DNA from: an uncultured delta proteobacterium | GTDB lineage: Bacteria > Desulfobacterota > Desulfobacteria > Desulfobacterales > QNYZ01 | Reading direction: 5' to 3' | Assembly (NCBI GenBank): GCA_963845145.1 | Contig: CAWJQU010000005.1 | Coordinates: forward strand, 608,001-672,000 | DNA length: 64,000 nt | In this document: positions 9,023 to 19,043 of the stretch, one piece after another | How the letters are laid out: every line of letters starts with the position of its first letter | How positions within the stretch are numbered: the stretch's first letter is position 1 | The notes under the pieces: model-generated | The model's database searches: none | Seen by the model: the letters and a program-made list of their open reading frames with translations, nothing else | Told to the model about the DNA's origin: nothing | Translations under genes and position numbers: made by a program

Positions 9023-10219
9023 TCATGTAACAGGACCATTTCCAAAATTTGGTCCTTCTTTATACCATCGCCGGTATGGGAATAGCGGCGTGTCCCGGGT
9101 CTTGCAGGGGACATGGTGGCCGGTTTTTTCGCATACAAGATCTGCAGCCTGTTCGGCCATGGCCCGCATGGTGGTGGCTTTGCCGCCAATCACGGAGATG
9201 AATCCATTCAGGCCGTCACGAGTGGCATGATCGAGGCAGTCAAAGGTCCGCCTGATTTTGGTGGGATCTTCAACCGGATCATGCACGATCAACGGTCGCG
9301 ATGCGCTCCAGGCGGCATGGATGGGCAATCCATCAATAGCCGGAACCATCTCGGTACACGTTGCAACGATGCGGTCGATGTGGTCCCTGGGCAGATCGAT
9401 GAGATCAGGATCTTCGGCCAACCAGGTCGATGTTCCCAATATGGACAGCCCCCGCTGCGGTACGACAATATCTCCATCGCCGGCAGGATGCAGGCGGTTG
9501 ATGACCATATTGGTCAATCGATCCCGAACGCTGACGATTACCCCCGGCGCGGGTCGCACCGGTATCGGAAGATCCAGCATCGCAGCGATTTTCCCGGCCC
9601 AAGGCCCGGCGGCATTAATAATGATGTCCCCGGTGAAAAAAGCGTTTTGATGGGTCCGGTGATTCTGTATGGTCACGCCCACAGTCCGGTCCCCTTTTCG
9701 ATGAAGTGCGACCACTTCCGAGAACGAATGGATATGCGCCCCGTTTTCCCGGGCGGTGGCAAAAAAATGCAGCGGTAGCCGCCAGGCATCCATTGTGGCG
9801 TCCGGAATCCGGACCGCCGCCTTCAAATCCGGATTTAAATTCGGTTCGAGCGCCAAGGCCTGCTGAGGCGATAGCTGTTCAACCGGAAGCGTAATCGCAC
9901 GACAGCCTTCGAGAAATGGTTCCAGGTGCGACAGGTCATCATCGCTTAAAGCGACGAAGAGACCATCGTTTTGCTCTAGTCCCTCGGGAACAATCCGTTT
10001 TAAGATCTGATTTTCCTCCCAGCATTCCCGGGCGGTTTCCGGGTCGTGCAGGACATAGCGCCCCCCACTGTGGAGCAAACCATGATGTCGCCCGGATGTG
10101 CCCGACAACAATTCACCCATTTCGAAGAGGGTGACCTTGAATCCACGCAGGGTTAAATCATGCGCCAACGCGCCGCCGATGGCGCCGCCCCCAATGATGA
10201 TTATAGATTCCATCTTCAT
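9023..10219 (-). CDS. Short GlpA-like FAD-dependent glycerol-3-phosphate dehydrogenase paralog
   Basis: IIGGG; SGRHHGLLHSGGRY; NAAGPWA; GGKATTMRAMAE. Lacks the C-terminal Cys-containing BFD-like domain. Confidence 0.8.
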   Translation of the reverse strand: MKMESIIIIGGGAIGGALAHDLTLRGFKVTLFEMGELLSGTSGRHHGLLHSGGRYVLHDPETARECWEENQILKRIVPEGLEQNDGLFVALSDDDLSHLEPFLEGCRAITLPVEQLSPQQALALEPNLNPDLKAAVRIPDATMDAWRLPLHFFATARENGAHIHSFSEVVALHRKGDRTVGVTIQNHRTHQNAFFTGDIIINAAGPWAGKIAAMLDLPIPVRPAPGVIVSVRDRLTNMVINRLHPAGDGDIVVPQRGLSILGTSTWLAEDPDLIDLPRDHIDRIVATCTEMVPAIDGLPIHAAWSASRPLIVHDPVEDPTKIRRTFDCLDHATRDGLNGFISVIGGKATTMRAMAEQAADLVCEKTGHHVPCKTRDTPLFPYRRWYKEGPNFGNGPVT

Positions 10220-10221
10220 TC

Positions 10222-11730
10222 CTACACCCAGTTAAACGTACGTTCAACGGCCTTATTCCAGCCTTCGATGCCCTTTTCCCGCTCTGCTGTTAGCATTTGG
10301 GGCTGCCAGGTTTTATCTTCCACCCAATTTTTGCGCAATGCGTTCAGATCAGACCAATATTCCACGGCCAGGCCGGCAGCGTAGGCCGCCCCCAGAGCAG
10401 TGGTTTCAGAGATCTTGGGACAAATCACCGGCACGCCGAGAATATCAGCTTGAAATTGCATCAACAATTCATTGGCCACCATGCCGCCATCCACTTTAAG
10501 CCTCTTCAGGCCGATTTTTGAATCCTTATCCATGGCGTTTACAATATCAAGGGTCTGATAGGCGCAGGCTTCGAGAACGGCGCGGGCGATATGCCCCTTA
10601 TTCACAAACCGGGTCAACCCGGCAATCACTCCCCTCGCGTCATCCCGCCAATACGGGGCAAACAGCCCTGAAAATGCCGGGACAATATACGCGCCGCCAT
10701 TATCCGCGACACTTCGGGCCAAATCTTCGATTTCCGGGGCGGCATTGATCAACCCCAGATTATCCCGCAACCACTGAACCAGCGCGCCGGCCATGGCCAC
10801 GGATCCTTCCAGGGCGTATACGGGTTTTTCCCCTCGAATCTGATAACCAACGGTAGTGAGCAAACCATGCTGGGAAGCTACCGGTGTTTGTCCGGTGTTG
10901 AGTAGTAGAAAACAACCCGTACCGTATGTGTTTTTTGCTTCGCCCGGGTCAAAACAAGCCTGGCCTACCAGTGCGGCCTGCTGATCCCCTAACGCACCAC
11001 AGACTGGAACGGCTGCCGCCAGGGCACCATTTTCCGACGTAAACCCCCAGGGTTCGGAATCCACCGATGGCACAATGCGCGGCAATATCTGTCGGGGAAT
11101 ACCCAGGGTCCGCAAAATCTCTTCATCCCAGTCGAGCGAATCCAAATTCATCAACATCGTCCGGCTGGCGTTGGTTACATCCGTCACATGGGCACCACCG
11201 TCGTGTCCGCCGGTGAGCCACCAGATGATCCAGCTTTCAATGGTCCCGAACAGGGCATTCCCCTTTTCAGCCGCAGCGCTGGCTTCGGGCACATGGTCCA
11301 GAATCCACCTGATTTTTGGACCGGAAAAATAAGTGCTGACGGGTAAACCGGTTTTTTTTCTAAATCGGTCTTGGCCGGCTTCATCAATTAATCGGCGGCA
11401 AATGTCGTCGGTACGTGTACACTGCCAGACAATGGCATTATAAAAAGGTTGGCCATTCGTTTTATCCCATACAACCGTTGTTTCCCGCTGATTGGTGATA
11501 CCAATGGCCGCCAGGTTGCTGCCGGTTATCCCCCCTTTTTTTAAGGCCTCCTGCATGACCTCGCCGGCATTTTTCCAAATCTCCATAGGGTTGTGTTCCA
11601 CCCATCCCGGTTGGGGAAAAATCTGTTCATGCTCTTTTTGAGCCATTGAGATGATTTGTCCGCCATGGTCGAAAATTATAAAACGATTGCTGGTCGTGCC
11701 CAGGTCCAGTGCGCCGATAACCATGTCCAT
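10222..11730 (-). CDS. glpK: Glycerol kinase
   Basis: [66 protein letters not shown]. Confidence 0.97.
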   Translation of the reverse strand: MDMVIGALDLGTTSNRFIIFDHGGQIISMAQKEHEQIFPQPGWVEHNPMEIWKNAGEVMQEALKKGGITGSNLAAIGITNQRETTVVWDKTNGQPFYNAIVWQCTRTDDICRRLIDEAGQDRFRKKTGLPVSTYFSGPKIRWILDHVPEASAAAEKGNALFGTIESWIIWWLTGGHDGGAHVTDVTNASRTMLMNLDSLDWDEEILRTLGIPRQILPRIVPSVDSEPWGFTSENGALAAAVPVCGALGDQQAALVGQACFDPGEAKNTYGTGCFLLLNTGQTPVASQHGLLTTVGYQIRGEKPVYALEGSVAMAGALVQWLRDNLGLINAAPEIEDLARSVADNGGAYIVPAFSGLFAPYWRDDARGVIAGLTRFVNKGHIARAVLEACAYQTLDIVNAMDKDSKIGLKRLKVDGGMVANELLMQFQADILGVPVICPKISETTALGAAYAAGLAVEYWSDLNALRKNWVEDKTWQPQMLTAEREKGIEGWNKAVERTFNWV

Positions 11731-11856
11731 CTCTTCTCCTCCTTTTCGTCAAACGGGTGCTTGGCTGTTGGCGGTAAAATCCTTGCTGGATTACAGAATA
11801 TCCTAAAAAACAATGAGTGCCAAGCCTGCACATATACGGCAATGGATGTTGCCAAC

Positions 11857-12720
11857 CTATCGGTTAAGTATACAATTTGTCATCACAGTATCCATGCCCA
11901 AGGACTTGGGCTTTTCACCCATGGCCAAGCCTAGCAGCTGGGTAAAGAGCATGGCGGATGGCACTTCGATCTGTTCCCCCGCTTTTCCGGAATGCCCCAT
12001 TCCCCCTTCGAATTGAAGCTGACAGTAAGTGCAGGCGGTTGCCATCACCTGCGCCCCGGCCGCGCCGGCATCGGATAGCTTGCGGGCCATCAGGGCTGCG
12101 GAAAGCGCCTGGTTTTTATCTTGCAATGGGTGGCCGCAACATTCCAGTCGAAGTGGCCATTCCACCGGTGTTGCCCCCGTAGCGGCAATCAGCGTTTCAA
12201 AGATGGTGGGAGCTAGAGGGTTGTCGAATTGGGTAACGTCAGAAGGTCGCAGGGCATGGCATCCATAGTGTGCCGCCACCTTTAACCCTTCAAGGGGTGC
12301 GACAATCAATTCGGCAATGGTATGTTGGATATCGGACCTATTTAATATCGATAGCAGGTGGAAGATGGGTACTTGCGGATGCCAGCTGAGTCCTTCGGCG
12401 GCAAGTAGGGTTGAAATGTTTTCCGCTATTAGAGGTCTTTTTTGAAGCCAGTAATCAGCATGTTTCAAGTTTCCAAAACAACACTTACAAGGCGTAACAA
12501 TGGGAAGCCCCCGGGCTTTGGCAATGGCCATAACCCGTGCTGCAGATAATAATGAGGCCGTCACGTCCAGGTGGCGTACCGGATAACCGCAGCAGTTCAG
12601 TTCGATATCCACCAAGTCGACGTTCAGCCTTGACATTATCGTACGAATACTGAGGTCGTATTGGGGGAGCGATGGGACCATCCGGCACCCTGGGAAGTAA
12701 AGATATCGAAGATTCGCCAT
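11857..12720 (-). CDS. HdrB-like CCG-domain iron-sulfur protein
   Basis: Two CCG domains: YFPGC..CCG..PCKCC and HYGCH..CCG..ACTYCQLQF. Confidence 0.88.
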   Translation of the reverse strand: MANLRYLYFPGCRMVPSLPQYDLSIRTIMSRLNVDLVDIELNCCGYPVRHLDVTASLLSAARVMAIAKARGLPIVTPCKCCFGNLKHADYWLQKRPLIAENISTLLAAEGLSWHPQVPIFHLLSILNRSDIQHTIAELIVAPLEGLKVAAHYGCHALRPSDVTQFDNPLAPTIFETLIAATGATPVEWPLRLECCGHPLQDKNQALSAALMARKLSDAGAAGAQVMATACTYCQLQFEGGMGHSGKAGEQIEVPSAMLFTQLLGLAMGEKPKSLGMDTVMTNCILNR

Positions 12721-12723
12721 GCG

Positions 12724-14445
12724 TCAATCCTCGCTCCGGTTGACATTTTGGGTTGGGTCCGGATCAGCGGGAGGTGCCATGCTGCGCGGCTTGAAACGCC
12801 GATAGGCTTCATTTCGAAGTTCGTACAGCACATCGGCCACCTTGACACCCTGGGGACAGTGCTCTTGACAGCTGTAGCAGGTGACACAATCCCAGACCAT
12901 TTGACTGCCCAGGGCCAACTCTTTTAATTGCAGTCGCATCAGATTCATGATTTGTTGCGGCGTCCAGTCCAGGTCCCGCTGGGGATCTTCACTGACGGCA
13001 ACCACCGGACAGACGCTGGTGCAGGTGGTACACTGGATGCAGTCCCAGAACGAATCGGGCTTGTTGGAAAGTTCAAGGGAGTGTGTCGTCTGCTTCCCAT
13101 CCCCAATGGCAGATGGGTATTTGGCCCACTGATCGGCGCTCTGGTGGCGGATCCATTGGAAAGGAGCAGGGTACCCCCGATGGGTTAGCTCGGAGCGCCC
13201 AGCCTGCCAGAGATCCTCTAAATCGATCCCCGCCGGACACCACAAAGTGCAATTTCCACAATCAGTGCAAATCCGACTACCTTCGGAAAGAAGCGCTTGG
13301 TGGCGGTCTGTGCCACCCGGCCGAACCATTTGGGCAATCGCACCGATTTTTTCAGAGGGCAGAATGGTTGCGTTGGGAATAATCTGGTAGATCGGTGCCA
13401 CCCGGCAATGCCGGCTGCATACGCCACAATGGGTGCAGGCGTCCAGACCTACCGCCCGTATAGTGAGTTTGTTTGCGGGCTTCGCTGCGGCCGAATTCCC
13501 CGCGGTATTGAGAATTAAATGAGCGGGTGTGGCGAGGATGTGAAACAACTTACCAAATGGCAAGTAGGCCAGGGCAAAAAGAGACAGCAGCACGTGCAGC
13601 CACCACACCCAATGATTCACATCAATCTGATTGAGAAATCCACCGATGGGCGCAAGCAATCGCGCAACCGGATACGATAGAAAAGCGCTGCCGGCCGAAG
13701 CATGGCAAGCAGCGCAATAATCCGCGTGTAACTCACGGCCTTCGTCCATCAGCTCTTGATCTCCGGGTTCAACCGAAGGCGTAAACACCACACCGAACTC
13801 TTTGGCCCATAAGGCTTTCAGGGGTGCGATTTCTTCCGGTATGTCGCTTCCCATATAGTCTGCCACCATCTCGTCAAATAAACGTTCCGAGATCATGGTT
13901 GTGCTTTCCAGAGCGATACCCGATAAAATGATCAATAAAAGAATCGCAAGGGTGGCCAAGTCCATGGGCGTAGAGATTCGTTTCAGCGCGGGAACACGCA
14001 TACGCCGAACAATGGCGATGCCCAGGCCAATCAAAACAAACGCACCCAATCCGTTTCGAATGAACCGATAGGGATTTAAAGTCGGTTCATAGTCGGTTAG
14101 CAGAAGGGTGGTGATGGTATCGTCCAGGGCATGAAACAAGATGAGCGTGATAAATCCCCAGAACACCAGAAAATGCATTAACCAGCGCAGGGGTTGCTTA
14201 CTCAAAAGTGGCAGTTGCAAAAGGACATTGGTCACCACAGACCCCATCCCCCACAGGCCCGTTTTCGTTAAAAATGCCCTTGCAACCGCTGCTATTGCCG
14301 CGCCAATGCGTTGGACCGGCGATATGTGATGGTATTCGGGTCCTATTTTAACCGTAAACCATCGAAAAGTTCGATACATTACCCCCAGCCCGCAGATACT
14401 AAGGGAAATGACAATACATATGCGGTAGAAGGTCAATTCGCTCAC
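12724..14445 (-). CDS. Membrane NarI-like + CxxCH + HdrC-like 4x[4Fe-4S] fusion protein
   Basis: TM helices with His (RWLMHFLVFWG..H; WWLHV..YLPFGKLFH); CAACH in a loop; four CxxCxxCxxxC motifs. Confidence 0.82.
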   Translation of the reverse strand: MSELTFYRICIVISLSICGLGVMYRTFRWFTVKIGPEYHHISPVQRIGAAIAAVARAFLTKTGLWGMGSVVTNVLLQLPLLSKQPLRWLMHFLVFWGFITLILFHALDDTITTLLLTDYEPTLNPYRFIRNGLGAFVLIGLGIAIVRRMRVPALKRISTPMDLATLAILLLIILSGIALESTTMISERLFDEMVADYMGSDIPEEIAPLKALWAKEFGVVFTPSVEPGDQELMDEGRELHADYCAACHASAGSAFLSYPVARLLAPIGGFLNQIDVNHWVWWLHVLLSLFALAYLPFGKLFHILATPAHLILNTAGNSAAAKPANKLTIRAVGLDACTHCGVCSRHCRVAPIYQIIPNATILPSEKIGAIAQMVRPGGTDRHQALLSEGSRICTDCGNCTLWCPAGIDLEDLWQAGRSELTHRGYPAPFQWIRHQSADQWAKYPSAIGDGKQTTHSLELSNKPDSFWDCIQCTTCTSVCPVVAVSEDPQRDLDWTPQQIMNLMRLQLKELALGSQMVWDCVTCYSCQEHCPQGVKVADVLYELRNEAYRRFKPRSMAPPADPDPTQNVNRSED

Positions 14446-14492
14446 CCTTGCCGAAGTGCGGCCTATAAAACACGAACATTAAGCACAAAAAA

Positions 14493-15797
14493 TTATTTTC
14501 CGACCGATTTTGCCAACACCAACAATCGTGCGCCTTCAACGGCTCCCCAGGCAGTCGCAATGGCCAGTCCGGAACCGCATTTTTGTCGTATCCAGTCCTG
14601 GTTGGCCAGGATAGATCCGGCGACAAACAAATTGGGGTGAACCGGTTTTCCGCCCTGATCAACCGGGCGGTAATGACGGTCAGTGGGTAACCCGCAGCAG
14701 TTGATGGGATGGCCGTCCGAATGGAGCAGATCTTTTTGGTGCCATTGGGATCTGTCCGCAGGCTGTTTGACGGGTAGATTGAAAATGGTTTCACGAATAC
14801 CGGTACGATCCGCGTGCAGGCCTCTACCCAAAAAACGACCGCTGGCCAGAACGACACATTTCGTACCGATATGGTATCGATGAGCCCCATCGCCGATGGT
14901 TAACAACCACCCACCATCCATTCTTTTGCGGGCCTTGGTTACCTTCTGCTGGTAATGAGACGACACACCGAGCAGGGGCAGCCGGCTTTCAAATGCTTCT
15001 CTTAATCGTAAACCGGTAACAGCCGGCATCATGGTGGGGATTTCAAATACCTTGACGCCCAACCAACGCCCCAAGTCATCAATGACTTCGGTTGAACGAC
15101 TGATCCCTAGAACCGCCGGCATCCCGATGACCGTCTCATCTTTTAAATGGGGTTTGATGATGTCAGCCAGTTCCCGGCGATTTTGTTTTGTCTCCAGTGT
15201 TCGGGCGATGTGTTCCGTGTACAATTCGCCTTTGGTGCGGGGAATGGCAATGCGTACAGTGCGAAGTTTCGGCCATTTTTGTTTTAACTGCCCGACAATT
15301 TGGGCGCCGCTGAATCCTTTTAAGCCATTGAAATCAACAATCAGGCAGGGGGACTTTTGTGCCAGCGCATGGACTCCCGCTTCCATTGTGCATGGAACAG
15401 CGAAGGTGGGTTTTGTTGTTCCCAGGGGTGTCATTACCAGTTGATTGGTCTGACCCTCATCGTAATATGGAAGACCGGCCGAAGCCAAAAAGCTAAAAAC
15501 CCCGGCCAACGCCGATTGGATCTGTTCTTTTGTCAAATGGGTATAGGGGTGTTCCGGGTCGGCTTTTGTCAATGCACTTATCGCTGCCCACGGGTCGGAC
15601 CAGACCTGTTTTTCGGCGACCGGGTACACGCCCATCAAGTCGATCAGGCCACTGGCGAAATTTATCTGTCCGGCCATACCGATCTGGGCCGTATCGATCC
15701 CATGCTCTGCAGCAAAGAGAGCCGCCGCCATTCCGGCCATACCTGTACCAATGACAACCATCTCCTTTTCCACGACAACGTTTGCTTCTTGGCTCAT
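14493..15797 (-). CDS. glpB: Anaerobic glycerol-3-phosphate dehydrogenase subunit B
   Basis: VIGTGMAG; FASGLIDL; TPLGTTKPT; FEIPT..P...GLRL; VLASGRFLGRGL; AGSILA; GSGLAIATA. Confidence 0.9.
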   Translation of the reverse strand: MSQEANVVVEKEMVVIGTGMAGMAAALFAAEHGIDTAQIGMAGQINFASGLIDLMGVYPVAEKQVWSDPWAAISALTKADPEHPYTHLTKEQIQSALAGVFSFLASAGLPYYDEGQTNQLVMTPLGTTKPTFAVPCTMEAGVHALAQKSPCLIVDFNGLKGFSGAQIVGQLKQKWPKLRTVRIAIPRTKGELYTEHIARTLETKQNRRELADIIKPHLKDETVIGMPAVLGISRSTEVIDDLGRWLGVKVFEIPTMMPAVTGLRLREAFESRLPLLGVSSHYQQKVTKARKRMDGGWLLTIGDGAHRYHIGTKCVVLASGRFLGRGLHADRTGIRETIFNLPVKQPADRSQWHQKDLLHSDGHPINCCGLPTDRHYRPVDQGGKPVHPNLFVAGSILANQDWIRQKCGSGLAIATAWGAVEGARLLVLAKSVGK

Positions 15798-15807
15798 GGT
15801 ATTGTCC

Positions 15808-17418
15808 TTAGTCCTGACCCGGTTCTATAAACGGGTCGCTTTCGGGAACCGAATCCAACCCAAAGAACCCGCAGTGCATGGCCTCCATAAGTTCGGCCTG
15901 GGCCAACGCCGTATCCCACAACAATGGTTGTTGGCCGCGCCATCTTTCCCTTAAGAATTGGCGTAACTCAGCCGTTCCCCTGGAACCGGTGAGATGCCCA
16001 TGGTCATACAAATGGGCAACCACCCGCTGGCTACAAAACGTTCCCTGGCAAGGTCCCTTTCCAATGCGGCTACGCAATCCAATGCTGCGGAGATTGGGCT
16101 CAGCACCGTGACGCTTCATTGAGGCGATGATCTCCTCTACGACACTTTGAGGGACCATTTCGCACTCGCAAAGTAATTTATCCTCGGCGGCTTTCTTTCG
16201 AATCCAATAATTTGGCGCCAGCCCGGGTTCTGTCCAGCGGGCATCTACAGTGTTGGGTAGCGGGACTTCGCGAGTGCGGCAGGAAGCCTCAATGTTAAGG
16301 TGCCGGCATACCAAGTTGGCCGCCCTTTCCGCCATGAGGCGAAAGGTGGTCAGTTTTCCACCGGTGATCGTGATAAAATTATTTAACCGTGCACCATTCT
16401 CGATATTGGACTCAGCATGGGGTTCGCCATGATCGATGAGTTCAAATCCCCGACTGACACTTCGATCATCACCTGCCGTATCTCTCTTAATCAGAGGTCG
16501 CACGCCACAATAGGCACGGATATACCTTGTGGAACCCAGGACGGGAATCATCGCAGCGCCTTCATCGATAATGTGATCCACTTCGTCGACCTCCGGATAG
16601 ATAACATCTGGTGATTCAACCCGCTCGGAAGTGGTTCCCAGGATAGAGACGGTCCCCCCCGGAACAAGAATGTCGCCATCCGTGGCCTTGCGCATGCGGT
16701 TCACAACTTGGTGGGTAATACGATCCTGGGTAACCAGCAATGTCCCCTTGGAGTAAACCATTGGAATCTTTTCGCCCGCCAGGCCGGCAACGTTCCCAGC
16801 CCACGCACCGGTGGCATTGACGATCACTTCGGCTTCAACGTGGATGGTTTTGCCTGAGGTATGATCTATCAGATGCGCTCGCCGAATACGCCCATCGGCA
16901 ACATCGAAACCGGTCAACCGGGTGTAGCGCAACAGCCGTGTGCCAAACTGTTGGGCATGGGCAATATTGTCCAGCGAGAGTTTGAACGGATCAATGGTGG
17001 CATCTTCGACGGAAAAAGCGGCAATCAGCTTATCGGACAGCACGGGCTCCATCTCACGTGCATCAACGACATCAAGGGGTTTAGCCGTGATATTGCTATT
17101 GCGACACATCGAATCGAAATCGGCAATGTAATGTTCATCGTCGCCTTGAACGGCGACAAACAATCCCCCGGTTGGTTCAATGCAATGGGCGGCCAGTTTC
17201 TTCAACAACCGGCCCTCCTGTTGGCACTCGGCCGCAGCGGCCGGATCGGAGGCGATATACCGTGCACCGCTGTGGAGCAGACCATGGTTGCCACCGGATG
17301 CACCGGCGTTGATATCACGCTTTTCTACAAGGATGCAGTCTATGCCTCGTAGAGACAAATCTCGAGCCACCCCCGTACCGGTAACACCGCCACCGATTAT
17401 CAATACCTGAGTATTCAT
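15808..17418 (-). CDS. glpA: Anaerobic glycerol-3-phosphate dehydrogenase subunit A
   Basis: IIGGGVTG; NHGLLHSGARY; GGKLTTFRLMAE; C-terminal CECE..GPCQGTFC. Confidence 0.93.
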   Translation of the reverse strand: MNTQVLIIGGGVTGTGVARDLSLRGIDCILVEKRDINAGASGGNHGLLHSGARYIASDPAAAAECQQEGRLLKKLAAHCIEPTGGLFVAVQGDDEHYIADFDSMCRNSNITAKPLDVVDAREMEPVLSDKLIAAFSVEDATIDPFKLSLDNIAHAQQFGTRLLRYTRLTGFDVADGRIRRAHLIDHTSGKTIHVEAEVIVNATGAWAGNVAGLAGEKIPMVYSKGTLLVTQDRITHQVVNRMRKATDGDILVPGGTVSILGTTSERVESPDVIYPEVDEVDHIIDEGAAMIPVLGSTRYIRAYCGVRPLIKRDTAGDDRSVSRGFELIDHGEPHAESNIENGARLNNFITITGGKLTTFRLMAERAANLVCRHLNIEASCRTREVPLPNTVDARWTEPGLAPNYWIRKKAAEDKLLCECEMVPQSVVEEIIASMKRHGAEPNLRSIGLRSRIGKGPCQGTFCSQRVVAHLYDHGHLTGSRGTAELRQFLRERWRGQQPLLWDTALAQAELMEAMHCGFFGLDSVPESDPFIEPGQD

Positions 17419-17475
17419 AAAGCCCCCATTCGGCACATCAGGATAGAATAGCCGAGTGCCCAAAAATGATCAGTA

Positions 17476-17618
17476 TATTTCACTTGTGAAATAATATGGG
17501 CGATGATACTATTGAATTCGAAAATGAAATTTTAGATTATTAGGTTAAATTTCCGTAAATATAGCCCATTAAAAGAGAAAAGTCACGAACTTAATTTTCG
17601 AAAACGAAAATTAAGTTC
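17476..17618. promoter_or_regulatory. Three GlpR-type operator palindromes (TTCR-N4-YGAA) between divergent glpA and glpR
   Basis: tttcacttgtgaaa (17478-17491); attcgaaaatgaaa (17516-17529); perfect 14-bp inverted repeat gaacttaattttcg-aaaa-cgaaaattaagttc (17587-17618). Confidence 0.7.
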
Positions 17619-17681
17619 AAAAACCGACAACACCTGTTGCCCATCCCGCTCGTTACACTTTTAAATTAACCTGGAGACATC

Positions 17682-18512
17682 GTGTCGACAAAACCATTGA
17701 TGACAAACGACGATAATAAAGGCGGGGGGAACGATAAGGACGGTGCAGTTGGCCTACGCCACAAGCAGATCCGCCAACTCGTTCAATCCAAAGGATATGC
17801 GACCATTGAGCATCTGGCCCGGGAATTCGGAGTGACGCCTCAGACGATCCGGCGGGATATCAATACACTCAGCGACGAAGGCATACTGCGTCGATATCAT
17901 GGTGGCGCCGGCCTGTCGCCCAGTACTGAGAATCTTGCTTATAACGATCGCAAGGTGTTGTGTTATAATGAAAAACAAAGCATTGCCCAAATGGTGGCGT
18001 CTCAAATACCAGATCAAGCGTCTTTGTTTATCAACATTGGCACAACCACCGAAACCATTGCCAAAGCGCTCAATCCCCAAAGCAATCTCAGAGTGATTAC
18101 CAACAATATCAATGTTGCCTCCATTCTTGCGTCCAACAATAATTTCGAGGTCTTCGTGGCGGGCGGACTGGTCCGCCATCGCGACGGCGGGGTCATCGGT
18201 CCTCTGACCATCGATTTCATTCAACAGTTCAGAGTGGATTATGGCATTATCGGAATCAGTGGTATCGATGCGGATGGCGCCCTACTCGATTTTGACTACC
18301 GTGAGGTTCGGGCTGCCCGGGCCATCATCGATAACTCTCGCAAGGTTTTTCTGGCAACCGATCATACCAAATTTGGCCGCAATGCCATGGTACACCTGGG
18401 AAATATCACCGAAATCGATGCCTTTTTCACCGATCGGGAGCCACCGACCGCCCTCTTGAAGATAATGGAAGCGGCGAATGTCGAGCTGTTCGTCAGCGAT
18501 AACGAGAGGTAA
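17682..18512 (+). CDS. glpR: DeoR-family glycerol-3-phosphate regulon repressor
   Basis: LAREFGVTPQTIRRDI HTH; RYHGGA; INIGTTTE; LLDFDYREV; DHTKFGRNA. Divergent from glpA. Confidence 0.92.
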   Translation: MSTKPLMTNDDNKGGGNDKDGAVGLRHKQIRQLVQSKGYATIEHLAREFGVTPQTIRRDINTLSDEGILRRYHGGAGLSPSTENLAYNDRKVLCYNEKQSIAQMVASQIPDQASLFINIGTTTETIAKALNPQSNLRVITNNINVASILASNNNFEVFVAGGLVRHRDGGVIGPLTIDFIQQFRVDYGIIGISGIDADGALLDFDYREVRAARAIIDNSRKVFLATDHTKFGRNAMVHLGNITEIDAFFTDREPPTALLKIMEAANVELFVSDNER

Positions 18513-18617
18513 TCATCGCCGTTCCTGGCTCGATCCCATCACGCGAAAGAATCGTTTTCTGAATGTTAGTTTGTGTGTGTAAATGAAAATTTGTTGATTT
18601 TTTTCACTTGCGAAAAT

Positions 18618-18782
18618 ACCAACGTGCCGGATTATCCAAAATTGGCACAGCTGTGGTGGCAAAATGTCGGTGAAGCGGTCTCCGGTGAAGTGACGGTCAG
18701 TACGGCCATGGACAATCTGGCCCGTGAGCAGGATCTTGTCCCCTAACGCATTCAGGCTTGGCGTGAGGGGCGCGTGAAGTAA
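18618..18782 (+). pseudogene. C-terminal remnant of a glycerol ABC transporter solute-binding protein (GlpV-like)
   Basis: Reads TNVPDYPKLAQLWWQNVGEAVSGEVTVSTAMDNLAREQDLVP*RIQAWREGRVK*. No start codon; internal stop. Confidence 0.7.
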
Positions 18783-18812
18783 CTATTTGTAACTAAATAA
18801 TAAAAATTGGCA

Positions 18813-18850
18813 AAAGGGGTGGCTCGTTAGGGGGCCACCCCTTTGTTGTT
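18813..18850 (+). terminator. Intrinsic terminator
   Basis: aaaggggtggc / gccaccccttt stem followed by a T-rich tract. Confidence 0.75.
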
Positions 18851-19043
18851 CGCACGTCAATTTTTTTTTCGACGATTTTTTTTAATAGTCATGCAGCGAT
18901 CTCTGGATATATTTAAGCGGATTCGTTATACTCATAGGTTATAACTCTGGTTAAAAAACAGAAACATGCCATATACTGCTTTTGTGGTCTGCCCATATGG
19001 TCTGTTCCTGTCCGAAAGAGGCCGAAAGAGCCGAAAGATATAG

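Noticed and set aside
9113..9778. Long antisense ORFs (e.g. 9113-9778, 16861-17352, 39909-40433)
   Set aside because: They overlap well-supported genes on the other strand and have no recognisable motifs.
17484..17501. Rex operator (TTGTGAA...)
   Set aside because: Only a half-site; the GlpR-type palindrome explains it better.
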